Positions 22,675 through 35,900 of a DNA stretch of 64,000 bases are shown here, one piece after another. Location: positions 12,829,812-12,893,811 of the forward strand of contig NC_092675.1 in NCBI RefSeq assembly GCF_964355755.1, written 5' to 3'. The stretch's first letter is position 1, and each line of letters begins with the position of its first letter. Under the pieces are notes generated by a model, which did not search any database, was not told the DNA's origin, and saw nothing but the letters and a program-made list of their open reading frames with translations. The translations under genes and the position numbers were made by a program. The stretch comes from Antedon mediterranea (lineage: Eukaryota; Animalia; Echinodermata).

Positions 22675-25600
22675 ACGTTTTAGACCATTTTGTGATTTTC
22701 GAAAAAACTTGTTAACATAAAAACACGAAAGTGCTTAGAATAGTTTCAAATCGCATTTGGAAACGTTTTAGACCATTTTGTGATTTTCGAAAAAAATTGT
22801 TAACATAAAAACACCAAAGTGCTTAGAATCACATTATAAACCGTTTTAGACCATTTTGAGCATTTCGATAACAATTTTCACACAAAAACATCAAAGAGCA
22901 CAAAATAGCTTAATATCGTATTTAAAAATGTTTTAGACCATTTTGAGCATTTAGATAAAACTTTTTCACACAAAACACCAAAGTGCTTAGAATAGCTTCA
23001 AATCGCATTTGGAGACCTTTTAGACCATTTTGTGATTTTTGAAAAAACTTGTTAACATAAAAACACCAAAGTGCTTAGAATAGCTTCAAATCACATTTGG
23101 AGACGTTTTAGACCATTTTGTGATTTTCGAAAAAACTTGTTAACATAAAAACACGAAAGTGCTTAGAATAGCTTCAAATCGCATTTGGAAACGTTTTAGA
23201 CCATTTTGTGATTTTTGAAAAAACTTGTTAACATAAAAACACCAAAGTGCTTAGAATAGCTTCAAATCACATTTGGAGACGTTTTAGACCATTTTGTGAT
23301 TTTCGAAAAAACTTGTTAACATAAAAACACGAAAGTGCTTAGAATAGCTTCAAATCGCATTTGGAAACGTTTTAGACCATTTTGTGATTTTCGAAAAAAC
23401 TTGTTAACATAAAAACACGAAAGTGCTTAGAATAGCTTCAAATCGCATTTGGAAACGTTTTAGACCATTTTGTGATTTTCGAAAAAAATTGTTAACATAA
23501 AAACACCAAAGTGTTTAGAATAGCTTCAAATCGCATTTGGAGACGTTTTAGACCAATTTGTGATTTTCGAAAAAACTTATCAACATAAAAACACCAAAGG
23601 GATTAGAATAGCTTCAAATCGCATTTGGAGACGTTTTAGACCATTTTGTGATTTTGAAAAAACTTGTTAACATAAAAACACCAAAGTGCTTAGAATAGCT
23701 TCAAATCGCATTTGGAGACGTTTTAGACCATTTTGTGATTTTCGAAAAAACTTGTTAACATAAAAACACCAAAGTGCTTAGAATAGCTTCAAATCGTATT
23801 TGGAGACGTTTTAGACTATTTTGAGATTTTCGAAAAAACTTGGTTACACAAAAACATCAAAGTGCTTAAAATCACATTATAAACCGTTTTAGACCATTTT
23901 GAGCATTTCGATAACACTTTTCACACAAAAACATCAAAGAGCACAAAATAGCTTAATATCGTATTTAAAAACGTTTTAGACCATTTTGAGCAATTCGACA
24001 AAACTTTTTCACACAAAACACCAAAGTGCTTAGAATAGCTTCAAATCGCATTTGGAGACGTTTTAGACCATTTTGTGATTTTCGAAAAAACTTTTTAACA
24101 TAAAAACACCAAAGTGCTTAGAATAGCTTCAAATCACATTTGGAGACGTTTTAGACCATAAGTGCTTAGAATCACATTATAAACCGTTTTAGACCATTTT
24201 GAGCATTTCGATAACAATTTTAACACAAAAACATCAAAGAGCACAAAATAGCTTAATATCGTATTTAAAAATGTTTTAGACCATTTTGAGCATTTAGATA
24301 AAACTTTTTCACACAAAACACCAAAGTGCTTAGAATAGCTTCAAATCGCATTTGGAGACGTTTTAGACCAATTTGTGATTTTTGAAAAAACTTGTTAACA
24401 TAAAATCACCAAAGTGCTTAGAATAGCTTCAAATCACATTTGGAGACGTTTTAGACCATTTTGTGATTTTGAACAAACTTGTTAACATAAAAACACCAAA
24501 GTGCTTAGAATAGCTTCAAATCGCATTTGGAGACGTTTTAGACCATTTTGTGATTTTCGAAAAAACTTGTTAACATAAAAACACGAAAGTGCTTAGAATA
24601 GCTTCAAATCGCATTTGGAAACGTTTTAGACCATTTTGTGATTTTCGAAAAAAATTGTTAACATAAAAACACCAAAGTGCTTAGAATCACATTATAAACC
24701 GTTTTAGACCATTTTGAGCATTTCGATAACAATTTTCACACAAAAACATCAAAGAGCACAAAATAGCTTAATATCGTATTTAAAAATGTTTTAGACCATT
24801 TTGAGCATTTAGATAAAACTTTTTCACACAAAACACCAAAGTGCTTAGAATAGCTTCAAATCGCATTTGGAGACGTTTTAGACCATTTTGTGATTTTTGA
24901 AAAAACTTGTTAACATAAAAACACCAAAGTGCTTAGAATAGCTTCAAATCACATTTGGAGACGTTTTAGACCATTTTGTGATTTTCGAAAAAACTTTTTA
25001 ACATAAAAACACCAAAGTGCTTAGAATAGCTTCAAATCACATTTGGAGACGTTTTAGACCATTTTGTGATTTTTGAAAAAACTTGTTAACATAAAAACAC
25101 GAAAGTGCTTAGAATAGCTTCAAATCGCATTTTGAGCATTTCGACAAAACTTTTTCACACAAAACACCAAAGTGCTTAGAATAGCTTCAAATCGCATTTG
25201 GAGACGTTTTAGACCAATTTGTGCATTTCGATGAAACTTGATTACACAAAAACATCAAAGTGCTTAAAATCACATTATAAACCGTTTTAGACCATTTTGA
25301 GCATTTCGATAACACTTTTCACACAAAAACATCAAAGAGCACAAAATAGCTTAATATCGTATTTAAAAACGTTTTAGACCATTTTGAGCATTTAGACAAA
25401 ACTTTTTCACACAAAACACCAAAGTGCTTAGAATAGCTTCAAATCGCATTTGGAGACGTTTTAGACCATTTTGTGATTTTTGAAAAAACTTGTTAACATA
25501 AAAACACCAAAGTGCTTAGAATAGCTTCAAATCACATTTGGAGACGTTTTAGACCATTTTGTGATTTTCGAAAAAACTTGTTAACATAAAAACACGAAAG

Positions 25601-28600
25601 TGCTTAGAATAGCTTCAAATCGCATTTGGAAACGTTTTAGACCATTTTGTGATTTTCGAAAAAGATTGTTAACATAAAAACACCAAAGTGCTTAGAATCA
25701 CAATATAAACCGTTTTAGACCATTTTGAGCATTTCGATAACAATTTTCACACAAAAACATCAAAGAGCACAAAATAGCTTAATATCGTATTTAAAAATGT
25801 TTTAGACCATTTTGAGCATTTAGATAAAACTTTTTCACACAAAACACCAAAGTGCTTAGAATAGCTTCAAATCGCATTTGGAGACGGTTTAGACCATTTT
25901 GTGATTTTGAAAAAACTTGTTAACATAAAAACACCAAAGTGCTTAGAATAGCTTCAAATCGCATTTGGAAACGTTTTAGACCATTTTGTGATTTTCGAAA
26001 AAACTTGTTAACATAAAAACACCAAAGGGCTTAGAATAGCTTCAAATCGTATTTGGAGACGTTTTAGACCATTTTGAGATTTTCGAAAAAACTTGGTTAC
26101 ACAAAAACATCAAAGTGCTTAAAATCACATTATAAACCGTTTTAGACCATTTTGAGCATTTCGATAACACTTTCACACAAAAACATCAAAGAGCACAAAA
26201 TAGCTTAATATCGTATTTAAAAACGTTTTAGACCATTTTGAGCATTTCGACAAAACTTTTTCACACAAAACACCAAAGTGCTTAGAATAGCTTCAAATCG
26301 CATTTGGAGACGTTTTAGACCAATTTGTGCATTTCGATGAAACTTGATTACACAAAAACTTCAAAGTGCTTAAAATCACATTATAAACCGTTTTAGACCA
26401 TTTTGAGCATTTCGATAACACTTTTCACACAAAAACATCAAAGAGCACAAAATAGCTTAATAATCGTATTTAAAAACGTTTTAGACCATTTTGAGCATTT
26501 AGACAAAACTTTTTCACACAAAACACCAAAGTGCTTAGAATAGCTTCAAATCGCATTTGGAGACGTTTTAGACCATTTTGTGCATTTCGAAGGAACTTGG
26601 TTACACAAAAACATCAAAGTGCTTAAAATCACATTATAAATCGTTTTAGACCATTTTGAGCATTTCGACAAAACTTTTTCACACAAAATACAAAAGTGCT
26701 TAGAATAGCTTCAAATCGCATTTGGAGACGTTTTAGACCATTTTGTGATTTTCGAAAAAACTTTTTAACATAAAAACACCAAAGTGCTTAGAATAGCTTC
26801 AAATCACATTTGGAGACGTTTTAGACCATTTTGTGATTTTCGAAAAAACTTGTTAACATAAAAACACGAAAGTGCTTAGAATAGCTTCAAATCGCATTTG
26901 GAGACGTTTTAGACCATTTTGTGATTTTTGAAAAAACTTGTTAACATAAAAACACCAAAGTGCTTAGAATAGCTTCAAATCACATTTGGAGATGTTTTAG
27001 ACCATTTTGTGATTTTTGAAAAAACTTGTTAACATAAAAACACGAAAGTGCTTAGAATAGCTTCAAATCACATTTGGAGACGTTTTAGACCATTTTGTGA
27101 TTTTTGAAAAAACTTGTTAACATAAAAACACGAAAGTGCTTAGAATAGCTTCAAATCGCATTTGGAAACGTTTTAGACCATTTTGTGATTTTCGAAAAAG
27201 ATTGTTAACATAAAAACACCAATGTGCTTAGAATCACATTATAAACCGTTTTAGACCATTTTGAGCATTTCGATAACAATTTTCACACAAAAACATCAAA
27301 GAGCACAAAATAGCTTAATATCGTATTTATAAATGTTTTAGACCATTTTGAGCATTTCGACAAAACTTTTTCACACAAAACACCAAAGTGCTTAGAATAG
27401 CTTCAAATCGCATTTGGAGACGTTTTTTTATACCATTTTGTGATTTCGATGAAACTTGATTACACAAAAACATCAAAGTGCTTAAAATCACATTATAAAC
27501 CGTTTTAGACCATTTTGAGCATTTCGATAACACTTTTCACACAAAAACATCAAAGAGCACAAAATAGCTTAATATCGTATTTAAAAACGTTTTAGACCAT
27601 TTTGAGCTTTTAGACAAAACTTTTTCACACAAAACACCAAAGTGCTTAGAATAGCTTCAAATCGCATTTGGAGACGTTTTAGAACATTTTGTGTTTTTCG
27701 AAAAAAACTGTTAACATAAAAACACCAAAGTGCTTAGAATAGCTTCAAATCGCATTTGGAGACGTTTTAGAACATTTTGTGTTCTTCGAAAAAACCTGTT
27801 AACATAAAAACACCAAAGTGCTTAGAATAGCTTCAAATCGCATTTGGAGACGTTTTAGACCATTTTGTGATTTTTGAAAAAACCTGTTAACATAAAAACA
27901 CCAAAGTGCTTAGAATAGCTTCAAATCACATTTGGAGACGTTTTAGACCATTTTGTGATTTTCGAAAAAACTTGTTAACATAAAAACACGAAAGTGCTTA
28001 GAATAGCTTCAAATCGCATTTGGAAACGTTTTAGACCATTTTGTGATTTTCGAAAAAACTTGTTAACATAAAAACACGAAAGTGCTTAGAATAGTTTCAA
28101 ATCGCATTTGGAAACGTTTTAGACCATTTTGTGATTTTCGAAAAAAATTGTTAACATAAAAACACCAAAGTGCTTAGAATCACATTATAAACCGTTTTAG
28201 ACCATTTTGAGCATTTCGATAACAATTTTCACACAAAAACATCAAAGAGCACAAAATAGCTTAATATCGTATTTAAAAATGTTTTAGACCATTTTGAGCA
28301 TTTAGATAAAACTTTTTCACACAAAACACCAAAGTGCTTAGAATAGCTTCAAATCGCATTTGGAGACCTTTTAGACCATTTTGTGATTTTTGAAAAAACT
28401 TGTTAACATAAAAACACCAAAGTGCTTAGAATAGCTTCAAATCACATTTGGAGACGTTTTAGACCATTTTGTGATTTTCGAAAAAACTTGTTAACATAAA
28501 AACACGAAAGTGCTTAGAATAGCTTCAAATCGCATTTGGAAACGTTTTAGACCATTTTGTGATTTTTGAAAAAACTTGTTAACATAAAAACACCAAAGTG

Positions 28601-31600
28601 CTTAGAATAGCTTCAAATCACATTTGGAGACGTTTTAGACCATTTTGTGATTTTCGAAAAAACTTGTTAACATAAAAACACGAAAGTGCTTAGAATAGCT
28701 TCAAATCGCATTTGGAAACGTTTTAGACCATTTTGTGATTTTCGAAAAAACTTGTTAACATAAAAACACGAAAGTGCTTAGAATAGCTTCAAATCGCATT
28801 TGGAAACGTTTTAGACCATTTTGTGATTTTCGAAAAAAATTGTTAACATAAAAACACCAAAGTGTTTAGAATAGCTTCAAATCGCATTTGGAGACGTTTT
28901 AGACCAATTTGTGATTTTCGAAAAAACTTATCAACATAAAAACACCAAAGGGATTAGAATAGCTTCAAATCGCATTTGGAGACGTTTTAGACCATTTTGT
29001 GATTTTGAAAAAACTTGTTAACATAAAAACACCAAAGTGCTTAGAATAGCTTCAAATCGCATTTGGAGACGTTTTAGACCATTTTGTGATTTTCGAAAAA
29101 ACTTGTTAACATAAAAACACCAAAGTGCTTAGAATAGCTTCAAATCGTATTTGGAGACGTTTTAGACTATTTTGAGATTTTCGAAAAAACTTGGTTACAC
29201 AAAAACATCAAAGTGCTTAAAATCACATTATAAACCGTTTTAGACCATTTTGAGCATTTCGATAACACTTTTCACACAAAAACATCAAAGAGCACAAAAT
29301 AGCTTAATATCGTATTTAAAAACGTTTTAGACCATTTTGAGCAATTCGACAAAACTTTTTCACACAAAACACCAAAGTGCTTAGAATAGCTTCAAATCGC
29401 ATTTGGAGACGTTTTAGACCATTTTGTGATTTTCGAAAAAACTTTTTAACATAAAAACACCAAAGTGCTTAGAATAGCTTCAAATCACATTTGGAGACGT
29501 TTTAGACCATAAGTGCTTAGAATCACATTATAAACCGTTTTAGACCATTTTGAGCATTTCGATAACAATTTTAACACAAAAACATCAAAGAGCACAAAAT
29601 AGCTTAATATCGTATTTAAAAATGTTTTAGACCATTTTGAGCATTTAGATAAAACTTTTTCACACAAAACACCAAAGTGCTTAGAATAGCTTCAAATCGC
29701 ATTTGGAGACGTTTTAGACCAATTTGTGATTTTTGAAAAAACTTGTTAACATAAAATCACCAAAGTGCTTAGAATAGCTTCAAATCACATTTGGAGACGT
29801 TTTAGACCATTTTGTGATTTTGAACAAACTTGTTAACATAAAAACACCAAAGTGCTTAGAATAGCTTCAAATCGCATTTGGAGACGTTTTAGACCATTTT
29901 GTGATTTTCGAAAAAACTTGTTAACATAAAAACACGAAAGTGCTTAGAATAGCTTCAAATCGCATTTGGAAACGTTTTAGACCATTTTGTGATTTTCGAA
30001 AAAAATTGTTAACATAAAAACACCAAAGTGCTTAGAATCACATTATAAACCGTTTTAGACCATTTTGAGCATTTCGATAACAATTTTCACACAAAAACAT
30101 CAAAGAGCACAAAATAGCTTAATATCGTATTTAAAAATGTTTTAGACCATTTTGAGCATTTAGATAAAACTTTTTCACACAAAACACCAAAGTGCTTAGA
30201 ATAGCTTCAAATCGCATTTGGAGACGTTTTAGACCATTTTGTGATTTTTGAAAAAACTTGTTAACATAAAAACACCAAAGTGCTTAGAATAGCTTCAAAT
30301 CACATTTGGAGACGTTTTAGACCATTTTGTGATTTTCGAAAAAACTTTTTAACATAAAAACACCAAAGTGCTTAGAATAGCTTCAAATCACATTTGGAGA
30401 CGTTTTAGACCATTTTGTGATTTTTGAAAAAACTTGTTAACATAAAAACACGAAAGTGCTTAGAATAGCTTCAAATCGCATTTGGAAACGTTTTAGACCA
30501 TTTTGTGATTTTCGAAAAAGATTGTTAACATAAAAACACCAAAGTGCTTAGAATCACATTATAAACCGTTTTAGACCATTTTGAGCATTTCGATAACAAT
30601 TTTCACACAAAAACATCAAAGAGCACAAAATAGCTTAATATCGTATTTAAAAATGTTTTAGACCATTTTGAGCATTTAGATAAAACTTTTTCACACAAAA
30701 CACCAAAGTGCTTAGAATAGCTTCAAATCGCATTTGGAGACGGTTTAGACCATTTTGTGATTTTGAAAAAACTTGTTAACATAAAAACACCAAAGTGCTT
30801 AGAATAGCTTCAAATCGCATTTGGAGACGTTTTAGACCATTTTGTGATTTTCGAAAAAACTTGTTAACATAAAAACACCAAAGGGCTTAGAATAGCTTCA
30901 AATCGTATTTGGAGACGTTTTAGACCATTTTGAGATTTTCGAAAAAACTTGGTTACACAAAAACATCAAAGTGCTTAAAATCACATTATAAACCGTTTTA
31001 GACCATTTTGAGCATTTCGATAACACTTTCACACAAAAACATCAAAGAGCACAAAATAGCTTAATATCGTATTTAAAAACGTTTTAGACCATTTTGAGCA
31101 TTTCGACAAAACTTTTTCACACAAAACACCAAAGTGCTTAGAATAGCTTCAAATCGCATTTGGAGACGTTTTAGACCAATTTGTGCATTTCGATGAAACT
31201 TGATTACACAAAAACTTCAAAGTGCTTAAAATCACATTATAAACCGTTTTAGACCATTTTGAGCATTTCGATAACACTTTTCACACAAAAACATCAAAGA
31301 GCACAAAATAGCTTAATATCGTATTTAAAAACGTTTTAGACCATTTTGAGCATTTAGACAAAACTTTTTCACACAAAACACCAAAGTGCTTAGAATAGCT
31401 TCAAATCGCATTTGGAGACGTTTTAGACCATTTTGTGCATTTCGAAGGAACTTGGTTACACAAAAACATCAAAGTGCTTAAAATCACATTATAAATCGTT
31501 TTAGACCATTTTGAGCATTTCGACAAAACTTTTTCACACAAAATACAAAAGTGCTTAGAATAGCTTCAAATCGCATTTGGAGACGTTTTAGACCATTTTG

Positions 31601-32912
31601 TGATTTTCGAAAAAACTTTTTAACATAAAAACACCAAAGTGCTTAGAATAGCTTCAAATCACATTTGGAGACGTTTTAGACCATTTTGTGATTTTCGAAA
31701 AAACTTGTTAACATAAAAACACGAAAGTGCTTAGAATAGCTTCAAATCGCATTTGGAGACGTTTTAGACCATTTTGTGATTTTTGAAAAAACTTGTTAAC
31801 ATAAAAACACCAAAGTGCTTAGAATAGCTTCAAATCACATTTGGAGATGTTTTAGACCATTTTGTGATTTTTGAAAAAACTTGTTAACATAAAAACACGA
31901 AAGTGCTTAGAATAGCTTCAAATCACATTTGGAGACGTTTTAGACCATTTTGTGATTTTTGAAAAAACTTGTTAACATAAAAACACGAAAGTGCTTAGAA
32001 TAGCTTCAAATCGCATTTGGAAACGTTTTAGACCATTTTGTGATTTTCGAAAAAGATTGTTAACATAAAAACACCAATGTGCTTAGAATCACATTATAAA
32101 CCGTTTTAGACCATTTTGAGCATTTCGATAACAATTTTCACACAAAAACATCAAAGAGCACAAAATAGCTTAATATCGTATTTATAAATGTTTTAGACCA
32201 TTTTGAGCATTTCGACAAAACTTTTTCACACAAAACACCAAAGTGCTTAGAATAGCTTCAAATCGCATTTGGAGACGTTTTTTTATACCATTTTGTGATT
32301 TCGATGAAACTTGATTACACAAAAACATCAAAGTGCTTAAAATCACATTATAAACCGTTTTAGACCATTTTGAGCATTTCGATAACACTTTTCACACAAA
32401 AACATCAAAGAGCACAAAATAGCTTAATATCGTATTTAAAAACGTTTTAGACCATTTTGAGCTTTTAGACAAAACTTTTTCACACAAAACACCAAAGTGC
32501 TTAGAATAGCTTCAAATCGCATTTGGAGACGTTTTAGAACATTTTGTGTTTTTCGAAAAAAACTGTTAACATAAAAACACCAAAGTGCTTAGAATAGCTT
32601 CAAATCGCATTTGGAGACGTTTTAGAACATTTTGTGTTCTTCGAAAAAACCTGTTAACATAAAAACACCAAAGTGCTTAGAATAGCTTCAAATCGCATTT
32701 GGAGACGTTTTAGACCATTTTGTGATTTTTGAAAAAACCTGTTAACATAAAAACACCAAAGTGCTTAGAATAGCTTCAAATCACATTTGGAGACGTTTTA
32801 GACCATTTTGTGATTTTCGAAAAAACTTGTTAACATAAAAACACGAAAGTGCTTAGAATAGCTTCAAATCGCATTTGGAAACGTTTTAGACCATTTTGTG
32901 ATTTTCGAAAAA
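22675..32912 (+). repeat. Large tandem duplication (copy 1 ~22675-28057, copy 2 ~28026-32912)
   Basis: Private SNPs shared at offset 5351 (tagtttcaa 22741/28092, gagaccttt, gggattaga, agactatt, gcaattcg, aaaatcacc), then at offset 4855 (cgaaggaac, aatacaaaag, 7-T run gtttttttatacc, gagctttt). The duplicated ORF pairs 24134/29485 and 27327/32182 give the same offsets. Confidence 0.92.
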
Positions 32913-35900
32913 GATTGTTAACATAAAAACACCAAAGTGCTTAGAATCACAATATAAACCGTTTTAGACCATTTTGAGCATTTCGATAACAATTTTCACA
33001 CAAAAACATCAAAGAGCACAAAATAGCTTAATATCGTATTTAAAAATGTTTTAGACCATTTTGAGCATTTAGATAAAACTTTTTCACACAAAACACCAAA
33101 GTGCTTAGAATAGCTTCAAATCGCATTTGGAGACGGTTTAGACCATTTTGTGATTTTGAAAAAACTTGTTAACATAAAAACACCAAAGTGCTTAGAATAG
33201 CTTCAAATCGCATTTGGAGACGTTTTAGACCATTTTGTGATTTTCGAAAAAACTTGTTAACATAAAAACACCAAAGTGCTTAGAATAGCTTCAAATCGTA
33301 TTTGGAGACGTTTTAGACCATCTTGAGATTTTCGAAAAAACTTGGTTACACAAAAACATCAAAGTGCTTAAAATCACATTATAAACCGTTTTAGACCATT
33401 TTGAACATTTCGATAACACTTTTCACACAAAAACATCAAAGAGCACAAAATAGCTTAATATCGTATTTAAAAACGTTTTAGACCATTTTGAGCATTTCGA
33501 CAAAACTTTTTCACACAAAAACATCAAAGAGCACAAAATAGCTTAATATCGTATTTAAAAACGTTTTAGACCATTTTGAGCATTTAGACAAAACTTTTTC
33601 ACACAAAACACCAAAGTGCTTAGAATAGCTTCAAATCGCATTTGGAGACGTTTTAGACCATTTTGTGCATTTCGATGAAACTTGGTTACACAAAAACATC
33701 AAAGTGCTTAAAATCACATTATAAATCGTTTTAGACCCTTTTGAGCATTTCGACAAAACTTTTTCACACAAAATACCAAAGGGCTTAGAATAGCTTCAAA
33801 TCGCATTTGGAGACGTTTTAGACCATTTTGTGATTTTCGAAAAAACTTTTTAACATAAAAAGACCAAAGTGCTTAGAATAGCTTCAAATCACATTTGGAG
33901 ACGTTTTAGACCATTTTGTGATTTTCGAAAAAACTTGTTAACATAAAAACACGAAAGTGCTTAGAATAGCTTCAAATCGCATTTGGAAACGTTTTAGACC
34001 ATTTTGTGATTTTCGAAAAAAATTGTTAACATAAAAACACCAAAGTGCTTAGAATCACATTATAAACCGTTTTAGACCATTTTGAGCATTTCGATAACAA
34101 TTTTCACACAAAAACATCAAAGAGCACAAAATAGCTTAATATCGTATTTAAAAATGTTTTAGACCATTTTGAGCATTTAGATAAATCTGTTTCACACAAA
34201 ACACCAAAGTGCTTAGAATAGCTTCAAATCGCATTTGGAGACGTTTTAGACCATTTTGTGATTTTTGAAAAAACTTGTTAACATAAAAACACCAAAGTGC
34301 TTAGAATAGCTTCAAATCACATTTGGAGACGTTTTAGACCATTTTGTGATTTTCGAAAAAACTTGTTAACATAAAAACACGAAAGTGCTTAGAATAGCTT
34401 CAAATCGCATTTGGAAACGTTTTAGACCATTTTGTGATTTTCGAAAAAACTTGTTAACATAAAAACACCAAAGTGCTTAGAATAGCTTCAAATCGCATTT
34501 GGAGACGGTTTAGACCATTTTATGATTTTGAAAAAACTTGTTAACATAAAAACACCAAAGTGCTTAGAATAGCTTCAAATCGCATTTGGAGACGTTTTAG
34601 ACCATTTTGTGATTTTCGAAAAAACTTGTTAACATAAAAACACCAAAGTGCTTAGAATAGCTTCAAATCGTATTTGGAGACGTTTTAGACCATTTTGAGA
34701 TTTTCGAAAAAACTTGGTTACACAAAAACATCAAAGTGCTTAAAATCACATTATAAACCGTTTTAGACCATTTTGAGCATTTCGATAACACTTTTCACAC
34801 AAAAACATCAAAGAGCACAAAATAGCTTAATATCGTATTTAAAAACGTTTTAGACCATTTTGAGCATTTCGACAAAACTTTTTCACACAAAACACCAAAG
34901 TGCTTAGAATAGCTTCAAATCGCATTTGGAGACGTTTTAAACCAATTTGTGCATTTCGATGAAACTTGATTACACAAAAACATCAAAGTGCTTAAAATCA
35001 CATTATAAACCAATTTAGACCATTTTGAGCATTTCGATAACACTTTTCACACAAAAACATCAAAGAGCACAAAATAGCTTAATATCGTATTTAAAAACGT
35101 TTTAGACCATTTTGAGCATTTCGACAAAACTTTTTCACACAAAACACCAAAGTGCTTAGAATAGCTTCAAATCGCATTTGGAGACGTTTTAGACCATTTT
35201 GTGCATTTCGATGAAACTTGGTTACACAAAAACATCAAAGTGCTTAAAATCACATTATAAATCGTTTTAGACCATTTTGAGCATTTCGATAACACTTTTC
35301 ACACAAAAACATCAAAGAGCACAAAATAGCTTAATATCGTATTTAAAAACGTTTTAGACCATTTTGAGCATTTCGACAAAACTTTTTCACACAAAATACC
35401 AAAGGGCTTAGAATAGCTTCAAATCGCATTTGGAGACGTTTTAGACCATTTTGTGATTTTCGAAAAAACTTTTTAACATAAAAAGACCAAAGTGCTTAGA
35501 ATAGCTTCAAATCACATTTGGAGACGTTTTAGACCATTTTGTGATTTTCGAAAAAACTTGTTAACATAAAAACACGAAAGTGCTTAGAATAGCTTCAAAT
35601 CGCATTTGGAAACGTTTTAGACCATTTTGTGATTTTCGAAAAAAATTGTTAACATAAAAACACCAAAGTGCTTAGAATCACATTATAAACCGTTTTAGAC
35701 CATTTTGAGCATTTCGATAACAATTTTCACACAAAAACATCAAAGAGCACAAAATAGCTTAATATCGTATTTAAAAATGTTTTAGACCATTTTGAGCATT
35801 TAGATAAATCTGTTTCACACAAAACACCAAAGTGCTTAGAATAGCTTCAAATCGCATTTGGAGACGTTTTAGACCATTTTGTGATTTTTGAAAAAACTTG

